NCBI GenBank assembly: GCA_963793265.1
Contig: CAWBZI010000002.1
Span: 448,001 to 512,000, forward strand
DNA from: an uncultured cyanobacterium
GTDB taxonomy: Bacteria; Cyanobacteriota; Cyanobacteriia; Phormidesmidales; Phormidesmidaceae
Direction of reading: 5' to 3'
DNA: 64,000 nt
The notes under the pieces were generated by a model. That model did not search any database. It worked only from the letters and a program-made list of their open reading frames with translations, and had not been told where the DNA came from. Position numbers and translations under genes: made by a program. Shown here one piece after another: positions 10,878 through 20,325 of the stretch (positions are counted from its first letter, which is position 1; every line of letters begins with the position of its first letter).

Positions 10878-12626
10878 ATGCCATCTCTTAAGCAGCCTGC
10901 AATAGACGCTCTGACTCTTTTAGAGAGCGGTATAGAACACTGGAATCACTGGCGGTTGAGCAATCCAGACGCGCCCTGCGATTTGTCTGGACTCAACCTC
11001 AGCCAGGGTTACTTTTTTGAAGGTGACTTTAGAGGCACAAATCTTAGAAACGCAGATCTCAGGAGAGCTTGCCTGATCGGCGCTGACCTGACGGGTGCTG
11101 ATTTGACGGGCGCTGACTTAACCGGCGCTTATTTAGGTGAGGCCAATCTGAATGGCGCTAATTTAAGTAACGCTAACCTCACGAAAGCTAGTCTCGACGG
11201 CGCTGACTTACGCAATGCCAATTTGTTTGGCACTCAATTTACCGATGCTGATATCCGCACAGCGCAGCTAACACAGACCGCAGATCCGCAGGCCGACATC
11301 GTGCTGAATCTGCTCAGCCAGCATTCGCAGCAGCCAGCCGTTCAACAGAATTTTCAAGAGACTATTCAAAAATATGTTGTGAAGGCCGCGCCGAGAGTCT
11401 CTACGGCAGCTAGTAGACAGTCACTTTTGCAGCAGATGAGAGTTCATCTAAAGTCTTTACCGACTGAGGGCGCAAACGCTGAAATGCTGCGACGCCAGGC
11501 AATTCGTCAGTCAGCAATGCCGCTTTCTGTAAAATCATCTCATTCAAAAAAACTATCTCGTTCGGCTGAAAAATGGGGCAGACGGCGCGCAGATGCTCAG
11601 CTTTCATCACAGATACGACGACAACTGAGGCAGCGACGATTCTGGATTCCGGCGGCTGCGGTGAGTCTATTTGTAGCGATTGGTTTGCCGGTTGCCCTAC
11701 TCAATCTCAACTCTCAGCAGGTCATCGCGCAATCAAGAGGGTCTGCGCCGCTAGCACTATCTAAATCGCTCACGGGCTCTAGTCAGGTTTGGGCGGTGGC
11801 GACTCAAGCGCGAGCAAACGGGGCGGCCTGGATAATTGGCGGCGGCGAAGATGGCCAAATTGAAATTTGGGACGGGCAGACGGGCGAACTGTTGCGATCG
11901 CTCTCTGGTCATAGTTCAGGTGTGCGATCGCTAGCCGTCTCAGCCTCCGGGCGCTGGCTCATCAGCGGCGGCAACGATGGCCTCAAAGCCTGGCTTTTAG
12001 AAACCGGCAAACTGGCCTACAGCATTCCCGACGCTCAGTCGCCCGTGTGGTCAGTCGCGATTAGCCCGGACGAGCGCACCTTTATCAGCAGCGACTACGA
12101 GGGCACGGTTACCGCCTGGAATTTAGCGGGTGGCGAGCAGCTCTATCGCATTGATAGCGATGCGCCCGTGTGGTCAGTGGCGATCGCTCCAGACGGTCAG
12201 TCTTTTGTAGGTGGCAGCAGCGATCGTGTCGTTCGCCAGTGGGACTTAGCCTCGGGCCAACTGCTCAAGGAATTTAAAGGTCATACAGACGCCGTTCGCA
12301 CCGTTGCGATTAGCCCAGATGGCCAAACGCTCGCTAGCGGCAGTTGGGATGAAACTATTAAGCTATGGAACTTAGCGGGCGGTAACTTGCAAACGACCTT
12401 GAGCGGACATGGCGATCGCATCATCAGCCTGGCTATCAGCCCAGACGGCCAAACCCTCGCCAGCGGCAGCAACGATAGCACCGTCAAGCTCTGGGATCTA
12501 CCCACACAGCAGCTCAGCAAAACCCTAGACGATCACACTAACTGGATTTTCGATGTTGCTTTCGACCCGCAAGGTCAAACTCTGGTCAGCGGCGGCAAAG
12601 ATAAAACTGTAAAAGTGTGGCAATAA
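10878..12626 (+). CDS. Pentapeptide-repeat + TM + WD40-repeat protein
   Basis: A(D/N)Lxx repeats at the N-terminus, one hydrophobic helix, about 7 GH...WD repeats. Confidence 0.9.
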   Translation: MPSLKQPAIDALTLLESGIEHWNHWRLSNPDAPCDLSGLNLSQGYFFEGDFRGTNLRNADLRRACLIGADLTGADLTGADLTGAYLGEANLNGANLSNANLTKASLDGADLRNANLFGTQFTDADIRTAQLTQTADPQADIVLNLLSQHSQQPAVQQNFQETIQKYVVKAAPRVSTAASRQSLLQQMRVHLKSLPTEGANAEMLRRQAIRQSAMPLSVKSSHSKKLSRSAEKWGRRRADAQLSSQIRRQLRQRRFWIPAAAVSLFVAIGLPVALLNLNSQQVIAQSRGSAPLALSKSLTGSSQVWAVATQARANGAAWIIGGGEDGQIEIWDGQTGELLRSLSGHSSGVRSLAVSASGRWLISGGNDGLKAWLLETGKLAYSIPDAQSPVWSVAISPDERTFISSDYEGTVTAWNLAGGEQLYRIDSDAPVWSVAIAPDGQSFVGGSSDRVVRQWDLASGQLLKEFKGHTDAVRTVAISPDGQTLASGSWDETIKLWNLAGGNLQTTLSGHGDRIISLAISPDGQTLASGSNDSTVKLWDLPTQQLSKTLDDHTNWIFDVAFDPQGQTLVSGGKDKTVKVWQ

Positions 12627-12743
12627 TCACACTATCAGTATGAATCTATAATCTTTTAGGCGTCCTCTCATAAAAGACTCAGGTCGGCGGCATACTCTTT
12701 GGATATGCGCTTTATAGGCGCGCAGCTATAAAGAGGAAAAGCG

Positions 12744-14171
12744 ATGTCAGTAGAATACGACCTGGTAGTTATTGGCGGTGGTTCAGCAGGCTTAGTCGCT
12801 GCCAGCGCAGGCGCTCAAATCAACGCCAGAGTGGCCCTCATTGAAAAGCATTTACTCGGCGGCGACTGCCTGCACTACGGCTGCGTCCCTAGCAAATCGC
12901 TGATCCACGCTGCGCAGATTGCCCACAATGTCAGAACCGCCTCACGCTTTGGCATCTACACCAGCGACCCCACCGTCAAGCTTGATGAAGCGATGGGCCA
13001 TGTGAAATCGGTGGTAGACACTATTCAGATTCATGACTCGGCTGAGCGATTCGAAAAGCTGGGCGTAGATGTAATCTTCGGGGCCGGTCAGTTTGTTGAT
13101 GAAAACACTTTTGAGGTGAATGGACGCCAGCTCAAGGCTCGGGCGTTTTTAATTGCCACGGGTTCAAGACCGACTGTGCCGCCAGTTGAGGGCCTTAGAG
13201 AAGCGGGCTTTTTGACGAATGAGCAGGTTTTTAGCGTTAAGGACAGGCCCGATGCATTAGCTGTGATTGGCGCTGGGCCGATTGGCTGTGAGCTGGGCCA
13301 GTCTTTTGCCAGATTGGGCTCAGAGGTGACGCTGCTGGCGAGCCGAGACATTATTATGCCGAAAGAAGATCCTGAAGCGGCGGCGGTGGTGCAGCAGAAG
13401 ATGCAGGATGAAGGCGTACGCATTCTGTGCAACACGCGCGCTAAAAAGGTGACCGTGGTTAACGGGAGAAAGCATATTTTTACCGGCACGGAGACGATTG
13501 TTGTCGATGAGATTTTGATTGCGACGGGCCGTACGCCTAATGTGGACTCGCTGAACTTAGAGGCGGCAGGCGTTGTGTTCGATAAGCAGGGCGTTAAGGT
13601 AGACGAGAAGCTGCGGACGAGCAATAAGCGAATCTATGGGGCGGGCGATGTGATTGGTGGCTATCAGTTTACGCACGTGGCGGGTGTTGAAGCGGGCGTT
13701 GCGATGCAGAATGCGCTGATATTCCCGACGAAAAAGATTGACTATCGGGTGATTCCCTGGGCGACGTTTACTGAGCCTGAGCTGGCGCGGGTGGGTTTGA
13801 CTGAGCGGCAGGCGCGCGATCGCTACGGCGATGATGTGTTTGTACTGCGCCAGGACTTTGACGGGGTAGATCGCGCCTTAGCAGAGGCGGCTGGCTATGG
13901 CTTTGCGAAGTTCATCACGAAGGGCAATGGTGAGATTTTGGGCGCTCATATTGTCGGCCCTCACGCGGGCGAGCTGATTCATGAGGCGGTGATTGCGATG
14001 AGTCAAAACCTGAAGGTGAGCGCGCTTCAGTGTATTCATGTGTATCCGACGCTGAGTGAAATTAGCCCGAAAACGGCGCTTCAGCTCACCAAGCAAAAGT
14101 ATGCGAAAAATACGCGCTTGCAGACTATCCTTAGAAAGTTCTTCAATTGGAGACGGTCTATTGCTGGCTAG
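12744..14171 (+). CDS. Class I pyridine nucleotide-disulfide oxidoreductase (MerA/LpdA-like)
   Basis: IGGGSAG, GGDCLHYGCVPSK redox disulfide, IGAGPIGCE, HVYPTLSE. Confidence 0.9.
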   Translation: MSVEYDLVVIGGGSAGLVAASAGAQINARVALIEKHLLGGDCLHYGCVPSKSLIHAAQIAHNVRTASRFGIYTSDPTVKLDEAMGHVKSVVDTIQIHDSAERFEKLGVDVIFGAGQFVDENTFEVNGRQLKARAFLIATGSRPTVPPVEGLREAGFLTNEQVFSVKDRPDALAVIGAGPIGCELGQSFARLGSEVTLLASRDIIMPKEDPEAAAVVQQKMQDEGVRILCNTRAKKVTVVNGRKHIFTGTETIVVDEILIATGRTPNVDSLNLEAAGVVFDKQGVKVDEKLRTSNKRIYGAGDVIGGYQFTHVAGVEAGVAMQNALIFPTKKIDYRVIPWATFTEPELARVGLTERQARDRYGDDVFVLRQDFDGVDRALAEAAGYGFAKFITKGNGEILGAHIVGPHAGELIHEAVIAMSQNLKVSALQCIHVYPTLSEISPKTALQLTKQKYAKNTRLQTILRKFFNWRRSIAG

Positions 14172-14177
14172 GGACTG

Positions 14178-15245
14178 ATGGATAGCGCTGATGATGCTCG
14201 TGGCTCGAATGATGATTTGACCGATCGCCTGTATGGCGCGTGGCAGCAGGCGATCGCAGCCGGTAAGCTAATTAATCGGTTTGAGGCGGCAGCAGATGAT
14301 GCGGAAGGGCGATGGGTGAAAGGGGATGCGATCGCCTTCGGCATCAAACGTGAGGGCAACAAAAATGTCTACTACGCTCAAAATCTCTCTCAAGCGCGAG
14401 AAATCAAAGGCGCTGTAGAAGAGAAACAGATCGACGAACTTGGCTTTATTTGCCAGTTCAACGGCTATCGGGCGCTGCGTCCGGGCGGTCAGCTCAAGCC
14501 TTTAGGCCGACAGCCAGATATTTCTGCTGACCCTGCTCGCTGTCATTTTGCCTGTCAAAACCGCGACAGCCCGCTAAGCCTACTCAGACGCAAACCCTTA
14601 CTTCAGGTGCCTTTACAGCATTTCACCTGGCACGCCTACTACAACGCTGCCCCGATAGATCCTGACGGTCATTTTTTATGGGTGCCTGCTTCAGGGTCAG
14701 CGCTGACTCATTTTCCGCAAAGGCTCTCTTTAGCGTTTTTAGAAGATGCTTTAAGCTTATTCAGGCGGTTTAGCCGTACTTTGTTGTTCTTTAATTCGCT
14801 GCATTCTGGGGCTTCGGTGAATCATATTCACTTTCAGGCGCTGAGCTATCAGCAGCCTTTGCCGGTAGAGAGTTGGCCAGTGGAAAAGGGCGATCGCGCT
14901 GACTATGCTCTATTAAAAGGCTATCCTGCGCGGCTAATGGTATTTACTCAGGAGACGGCTGCTGCTGCTATCTTCGCCTGGATTGACCAGTTTCAGCAGC
15001 AGGGCATTCCCTTTAACCTGATGATGGTCGGGTCGCGCATTATTTTGATTCCTAGAAACATTGAGCATGAGATAGTCTCGGAGTTTCCGGGTAATGCGAT
15101 CGCTGCTCTGGGCATGTGTGGCAAGATCATCACGGTTGATAGAACGGCTTACTTGAAGGCTGATAGGGAGAGAATTGAGAAAGCGTTTGGGAAGATGGTT
15201 TGTAGCCAAAACGTCCTTCTTACGACGAGAGGTCGCGGGCCATGA
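14178..15245 (+). CDS. HIT-superfamily nucleotide-sugar phosphorylase (GDPGP1/VTC2-like)
   Basis: YNAAPIDPDGHFLWVP and FFNSLHSGASVNHIHFQ (HxHxQ) motifs; starts 6 nt after the upstream stop. Confidence 0.65.
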   Translation: MDSADDARGSNDDLTDRLYGAWQQAIAAGKLINRFEAAADDAEGRWVKGDAIAFGIKREGNKNVYYAQNLSQAREIKGAVEEKQIDELGFICQFNGYRALRPGGQLKPLGRQPDISADPARCHFACQNRDSPLSLLRRKPLLQVPLQHFTWHAYYNAAPIDPDGHFLWVPASGSALTHFPQRLSLAFLEDALSLFRRFSRTLLFFNSLHSGASVNHIHFQALSYQQPLPVESWPVEKGDRADYALLKGYPARLMVFTQETAAAAIFAWIDQFQQQGIPFNLMMVGSRIILIPRNIEHEIVSEFPGNAIAALGMCGKIITVDRTAYLKADRERIEKAFGKMVCSQNVLLTTRGRGP

Positions 15246-15663
15246 ATTTGCAAACTGTTCCATAGAGCTTACCACTGAGCCCAGCGAGTTCATGTTCGAT
15301 GTCTTCTAGTCTACCAAGTTTGCTAGTCCACAATCCGCTCGGTAGCTGGCGCGCAATATGCTGTGGCTTCCCGTCTGAAGTGGCGTAAATCGCTAGCTTT
15401 TCAACATTTTCTTCTAGTTCTCCTGACTCGCACACTAAAAAACCTATTGTTTTATAAGCTTTTACGAAGGTTGTAACTGAGACTTCTCTCGGAACGCCTT
15501 CTGGCCAGTAATAATCGTCTTCTGGCAATGGTGACCACCATCGATCATCCTCTTGAATGGCCCACGCTAGGCAGTTGTAGTTTGGGGTATGTGGGCTAGT
15601 AATTTTATACTGAGTGGTTAATAGGTTCGGCCAATCTTGTTCTAGCTCAACATTGATATCCAT
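15220..15663 (-). CDS. Hypothetical protein with papain-like Cys/His signature
   Basis: YNCLAWA...QHIARQ...WTSKLG; overlaps the upstream gene by 17 nt. Confidence 0.65.
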   Translation of the reverse strand: MDINVELEQDWPNLLTTQYKITSPHTPNYNCLAWAIQEDDRWWSPLPEDDYYWPEGVPREVSVTTFVKAYKTIGFLVCESGELEENVEKLAIYATSDGKPQHIARQLPSGLWTSKLGRLEDIEHELAGLSGKLYGTVCKFMARDLSS

Positions 15664-16063
15664 GTTCTCTCCCCCATGCTAGCCAGGCTTCCGTCATCTT
15701 AGGTAGTCGGCCACGGTCGGCAGAAGGTATAGGACTTTCTCCTACAATGGAGCGCAGTGCCCAGAACCAATGATCAGGTTGTTCTTTGAGTTCTTGCAAA
15801 ATTAAGGGAATTGCCAAAGCGCCCATACCGATGATTTGCTGGTATGCCGTGTTTAGCACGATGTCGCTCATCAAAGATAGGTGCCTAGTTTCTTTTCGCC
15901 ATTGGTTTGCTAAAGATTGAAACTTTTGAATGTGGTCAGGTTCATTGACTTGGCTTGTGCTGAGGGCTAGAAGGCGTTCTTGAAAGAATTGGGTAGGATC
16001 TTGGCCGTTTTGTGTGATTGTCTGTATTATGTCGTCTGGAATGTCTAGGTTGATCTGGGCCAT
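15647..16063 (-). CDS. Hypothetical protein with RHH-like N-terminus
   Basis: MAQINLDIPDDI N-terminus; YQQIIGMG..PLILQEL..PDHWFWAL..WLAWG core. Confidence 0.65.
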   Translation of the reverse strand: MAQINLDIPDDIIQTITQNGQDPTQFFQERLLALSTSQVNEPDHIQKFQSLANQWRKETRHLSLMSDIVLNTAYQQIIGMGALAIPLILQELKEQPDHWFWALRSIVGESPIPSADRGRLPKMTEAWLAWGREHGYQC

Positions 16064-16125
16064 GATGTTTGGATGGATGCTATCCAAGCTGGAGAAGTGT
16101 CTAATATTTTAGCGGTTGTTGTGAT

Positions 16126-16265
16126 TTAGGTGGAAAGGCTGCTGATGGCGGAGGCGACTAGGGCTTCGGCAGTTTGCTGCTTTTTGCGGAGGGTGGTTCT
16201 AGGCGATCGCACAGTTTCCTGAGTTCATCGACTTTGGCAACGATGCGTTTCTGCTCGGCAAGCGT
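16126..16265 (-). pseudogene. hsdS: Type I RM specificity subunit (hsdS) 3' remnant, frameshifted
   Basis: Minus strand reads LAEQKRIVAKVDELRKLCDRLE, then after a frameshift TTLRKKQQTAEALVASAISSLST*. Confidence 0.8.
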
Positions 16266-16439
16266 GACAGTAGCACTAAAGACTTAGTAAAACTTCCATA
16301 TTCAGATTGGCTCCAACCTTATCAACTTGTTCGTTAAACAGGAAACTGCTGCAAACAAGGCTGTTCGGGCAGTACAAGGCATACAAATAATATACAACGG
16401 GGATGAAGAAGGTACTTGACTCGGCGTAGCTAGAGCAGG

Positions 16440-17525
16440 TCAGTGCCTTACCAGCGCCTTATTAAGGTCTTCAAGCCATGTTTCATTGAGCCGAAAGCGG
16501 ACTAAACGTGGCTCGGTTTCAACGGTAAAAAGTGTCTCTATGTAGCTAGTACGCTCGGGAGCAATATCATTTTCTCTTTCTCTAGATAGCAATCCTTGAT
16601 TCTTGTACAGTTCAAACAGTCTTTCAGGAATATCAAACGAAAATCTAAACTTAGATCTACTATCAGGATTAGACGACACGTACCAATTACTCTCCTCTCT
16701 AGAGATGCGTATTTCATACGGTTCAGTAGAGCACGCTATTTCTTGAAGATTTGTTCTCTCGTCCGGCACCAAAAAGATAGGAAATTGCTTGGATATCATC
16801 GCGACCACGGCATTGTCGATACGTTGGGTTTTGTCGCGTATATTAGAAATACTGCCTATAAGGCTATGCCGCGCTTCAGTGCTGATGGAGCGAGGTACTA
16901 TATTCTTGATTATTCTTGTCAAAAAAACCATATGCTCGAAGCTGGTATTCCTTCTAAAATCTTCTCTAACCAGCTTTCTGAACTCACTTAAATCGATAAT
17001 TATTTTATTGTCATATTCTGCTCCGAAAAAAGCTGCATCTAACTGTCTTATCTCTTCTAATACAGGTTGTATAAATTTTGACTTTCTCAATGAAATTAGA
17101 TAGACATCCTGGGCATAGGCGTATCTTTGAGCAGGCCCTGTATAACCTTCAGCAGAAAAGAGCGCATACTGATAATGATATCTAGCCCTAGCCGGAGCGC
17201 CATTTCTAGAAGTCCAATATTCTCCAACATCCTTCAAAACACCAATAGCATTACGTACAACTGGGAGCCCTACTGGTTTATTTAGGCACTTGGCTTCAAC
17301 CAAGAGTCGTTGAGGATTTGAGAAAGGATGTGACAAGGCAAAATCTGCGATTGCATCTATTTGATGAACTCCACCTCTTCCCAGCAGTTCTAAACCTGCT
17401 TTCCCTGCCTTAATAGTAGAATCGTTTTTATCTATTTTCTCAACAACACTATAACCTGAATCTCTGAGGAGATAAAGTACAACTTCTTCAAGTAACATTC
17501 CTTTGATTTGCCCAAGTGTTGCCAT
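16440..17525 (-). CDS. Solitary restriction endonuclease-like protein (Mrr-type PD-(D/E)xK)
   Basis: GMLLEE...HQIDAIAD...LLVEAKC...VGLPVVRNAIG; AT-rich, no HIP1 site seen. Confidence 0.7.
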   Translation of the reverse strand: MATLGQIKGMLLEEVVLYLLRDSGYSVVEKIDKNDSTIKAGKAGLELLGRGGVHQIDAIADFALSHPFSNPQRLLVEAKCLNKPVGLPVVRNAIGVLKDVGEYWTSRNGAPARARYHYQYALFSAEGYTGPAQRYAYAQDVYLISLRKSKFIQPVLEEIRQLDAAFFGAEYDNKIIIDLSEFRKLVREDFRRNTSFEHMVFLTRIIKNIVPRSISTEARHSLIGSISNIRDKTQRIDNAVVAMISKQFPIFLVPDERTNLQEIACSTEPYEIRISREESNWYVSSNPDSRSKFRFSFDIPERLFELYKNQGLLSRERENDIAPERTSYIETLFTVETEPRLVRFRLNETWLEDLNKALVRH

Positions 17526-17554
17526 ATTATTACCCGTACAAGAACAATTACCTA

Positions 17555-17968
17555 CTATAAAAGTACAGGAGTCCTGCACACTGAGATTGTGATGAAGCGT
17601 CTTTTCAATTCTTGTGGGGCAGTTGTGTATCGATTATCACTCCCAAATTCACGAATAATTTCAACTATCGCCTCTTTATTCGCATAGCCCTGCGCCTGTT
17701 GAATGCCAGCCTCTACGCTGTGACTATTGTCTTTTGCTTCAATCACCGCGATCACCTGATTCGTGTGATGAAACAGCACATAGTCAGCCCGCTTCCGCCG
17801 CTCCCACTCCGGCGTTTCGCCTCTTACAATCACCTGCCCGTCAGTAAAAGAATACTCTCGTCGAATCTGCGACTTCTTCCATCCTGCCTTGTGTAGTGCA
17901 GGCGTAATGTAGCGATCGCAAATATCAGATTCGCTCAGGTCTTTTTTCGTCGGGTCTTTTTTAGACAT
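17555..17968 (-). pseudogene. hsdR: Type I RM restriction subunit (EcoEI-like hsdR), internally deleted
   Basis: SESDICDRYITPAL..AGW..QIRREYSFTDG..ADYVL..IAVIEAK..GIQQAQGYA, then a C-terminal-like VEIIREFG; no helicase motifs. Confidence 0.85.
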
Positions 17969-18086
17969 ACATCCTAAACATAGAGCAGTCGATTTAGCGG
18001 CTACTCAAGTTAAGCACCACCAAATCACGACAGCATCGGCAATATACCGTGCGCCACAGTGCCTTTTGTAACAGCTACCAGCCCCC

Positions 18087-18581
18087 CTACCAACCCCAAG
18101 AGCCAGGGCCACCTTTAAAAGGGCCAACAATGTCTTTGGTGATCCACCCAGCATAAAAATTTCCAGCTTGGGGTTGTACCTTCTCACCGTCTACGTAGCA
18201 GGCATCCATAGGCCCAGGATAAAAGCCCACGTATCCTTCCAGGGCTTTGTAGGCAGGAGAGATATTTGGGTAGTACCAGGCGACATCTTTAACTAAGCGA
18301 TCACCCACCTGCAAAGTGTAGTAATAAGCCCGTCCTTTCCACTCACAGTAAGTAGAGTGATCGCTTGACAATAAACACTCCGCCTTAATATCGCCCGGTG
18401 GTATGTAGTAGTTAGGCGGATGGCTGGTTTCTAAAATCCGCATAGGGCGATGAGTATCGGCAATCACCTCGTCGTTGAAGATAATTCTAACGTGCTTGTT
18501 TACCTCCTCAGCTCGGGGAGGCCGAGGATAGTCCCACACAGATTCTTGATTAGGGCCGGGAGAAATAGGGTCAGGGCGCAT
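18087..18581 (-). CDS. DUF427 family protein
   Basis: ESVWDYPRPP, LETSHPP.YYIP, CEWKGRA, AWYYP. Confidence 0.9.
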   Translation of the reverse strand: MRPDPISPGPNQESVWDYPRPPRAEEVNKHVRIIFNDEVIADTHRPMRILETSHPPNYYIPPGDIKAECLLSSDHSTYCEWKGRAYYYTLQVGDRLVKDVAWYYPNISPAYKALEGYVGFYPGPMDACYVDGEKVQPQAGNFYAGWITKDIVGPFKGGPGSWGW

Positions 18582-18728
18582 AGGTCAAAAAAGAACTGAG
18601 AAATGGTTTTTGGGGCAGTCACTATGGCGACTGTGAGTTGGCTAGGGAGAGCGTAACTTGAGAATAGCGCTCTCAGTTTGTTTTGCGATCGCCTCCCTCT
18701 CCCAATCCGTCGTCATTGCCCTCATCTC

Positions 18729-19769
18729 TTAACTTCTCCAGCGCAACGTTTTCGCCTTAATCGGATTCACAAAAGGACGGTCTTCAGCTGCTGCTTGCGC
18801 CTGTTCTTTTTTCAGCCGGTAGTACCAGCGCGCCTGCGTATCCGCGTCGCCCACCAGCTTAGTAACAGGATTATCGTGCAGTCGGGAAGTCTGCTTTGCC
18901 AAGATAGTGCGGTCTTGAGCAAGAAAGCTGTGCATAAACCACAGAGCGACCGGCTTGAACAGAGGAAACCAGGGGAGGGTGGTGTATAAAAGCGTGGTTA
19001 CTTCGGTTTTGGTTTCTGAAATAGGTGTGATTGCCGTTAGGCTACAAACCGTGTGCTTGTTGGTTGCAATGTGCTCAATGCGAACGCCAGGGAGCTGAAA
19101 AGAGATTTCAATTTCTGGGTTAGAACCCACCAGGCGATAGAGCAGCGTTTCTTCTTCTAGCAGGTGCTTTTGCATGGTAAAGCCGAGGGCAGATGGCTCG
19201 AAGTGTTTGGTGACTTCTTGAAGGGCGGCAGGCGATCGCCACCACCAGGCCCGATGCACAAAAGCAATATGCGCCGGGTCAAGCAGGCCAATCACAGCAT
19301 GGTCAATATCACTCTCGTACTCCATAGAGTAAGCAGCCTGATAGGCACGGCTATCAAAAAAGGGCACCTGTGGAACCTCTTTTGGATCAGCCTGCTGATC
19401 GTGACTAGCCATGTAAATCCAAATATTGCCCTGCACCTCACTCACTGGATAGGACTTAGCCTTTATGCAGGTGGTATTGAATGTTTTTGAACTAGCCAGC
19501 GAGGGAATAGACGTGCACTGTCCAGTTTCGTCAAAAGTCCAGCCGTGAAAAGCGCACTCTATTTTATTGCCATCAAAGGTGCCTGCGCTCAGAGGAGCAG
19601 CCTGATGTGGGCAAATGTCTCGCAGCGCAAATACAGACCCCGATTGAGTGCGCCCGAAGAGAATGGGCTCGCTTAAAAGCGTTTTGACAATTGTTTGCCC
19701 GCGCTTAAGCTCATGACCCGGAAGCCCGTAGTACCAGACATCCTTTACAAATAAAGATTTTGCCGTCAT
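18729..19769 (-). CDS. Rieske non-heme iron oxygenase alpha subunit
   Basis: CPHQ...CAFHGW Rieske motif; DPAHIAFVH iron site. Confidence 0.9.
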   Translation of the reverse strand: MTAKSLFVKDVWYYGLPGHELKRGQTIVKTLLSEPILFGRTQSGSVFALRDICPHQAAPLSAGTFDGNKIECAFHGWTFDETGQCTSIPSLASSKTFNTTCIKAKSYPVSEVQGNIWIYMASHDQQADPKEVPQVPFFDSRAYQAAYSMEYESDIDHAVIGLLDPAHIAFVHRAWWWRSPAALQEVTKHFEPSALGFTMQKHLLEEETLLYRLVGSNPEIEISFQLPGVRIEHIATNKHTVCSLTAITPISETKTEVTTLLYTTLPWFPLFKPVALWFMHSFLAQDRTILAKQTSRLHDNPVTKLVGDADTQARWYYRLKKEQAQAAAEDRPFVNPIKAKTLRWRS

Positions 19770-19908
19770 GAATAGCCCTGCAGGTGTCTCAAAGAAAAGT
19801 GATACCAATAACGCAGGTGGTGTGTTTGCAGCACTGAACGTCACAGTGCTCGATCCTAGCATCAGAAACCAGCTATTTACATTTGGGCTAGCCAAACCTT
19901 ATAAAAGG

Positions 19909-20232
19909 CTAGCGGAGAACCCTATCAATCGTGTTAGGACGCTCATATAGGCTTCCTCTATTAGGTTCTGGCGGATCTGTTAAGCCAGAGCGCTTTAACA
20001 AAATGACGACTCCAATACCCAGAACGCCACCAAGCGCCAGCCCTGCAAGCAGCAACCCTATAATCATGTTTCGCAATCGTTTGATGTCGCGTTTGATATG
20101 AGGGGAAGGGCTGCTCGGAGAAGAACCATCTTGAAGGTCAGATAGCTCTATGCCACTGTCAGTTTCTCGCTCAATATCGTTGGCATCGGGCAAAGGGTTG
20201 CTCTGAGGATCGTGGAAAGGAGAATTTGTCAC
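19909..20232 (-). CDS. Hypothetical single-TM protein
   Basis: 107 aa with one long hydrophobic helix. Confidence 0.6.
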   Translation of the reverse strand: MTNSPFHDPQSNPLPDANDIERETDSGIELSDLQDGSSPSSPSPHIKRDIKRLRNMIIGLLLAGLALGGVLGIGVVILLKRSGLTDPPEPNRGSLYERPNTIDRVLR

Positions 20233-20325
20233 AGAGAGCAGCTCTTACGTAACGTATGGCAAATCATATATCACGATAGATAGCTTTGGTTCAACCGCCC
20301 ACAGATGCGTATCTATAAATAGTTG

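Noticed and set aside
12744..14171. Mercuric reductase merA call
   Set aside because: No C-terminal Cys-Cys pair, no NmerA domain and no mer operon context.
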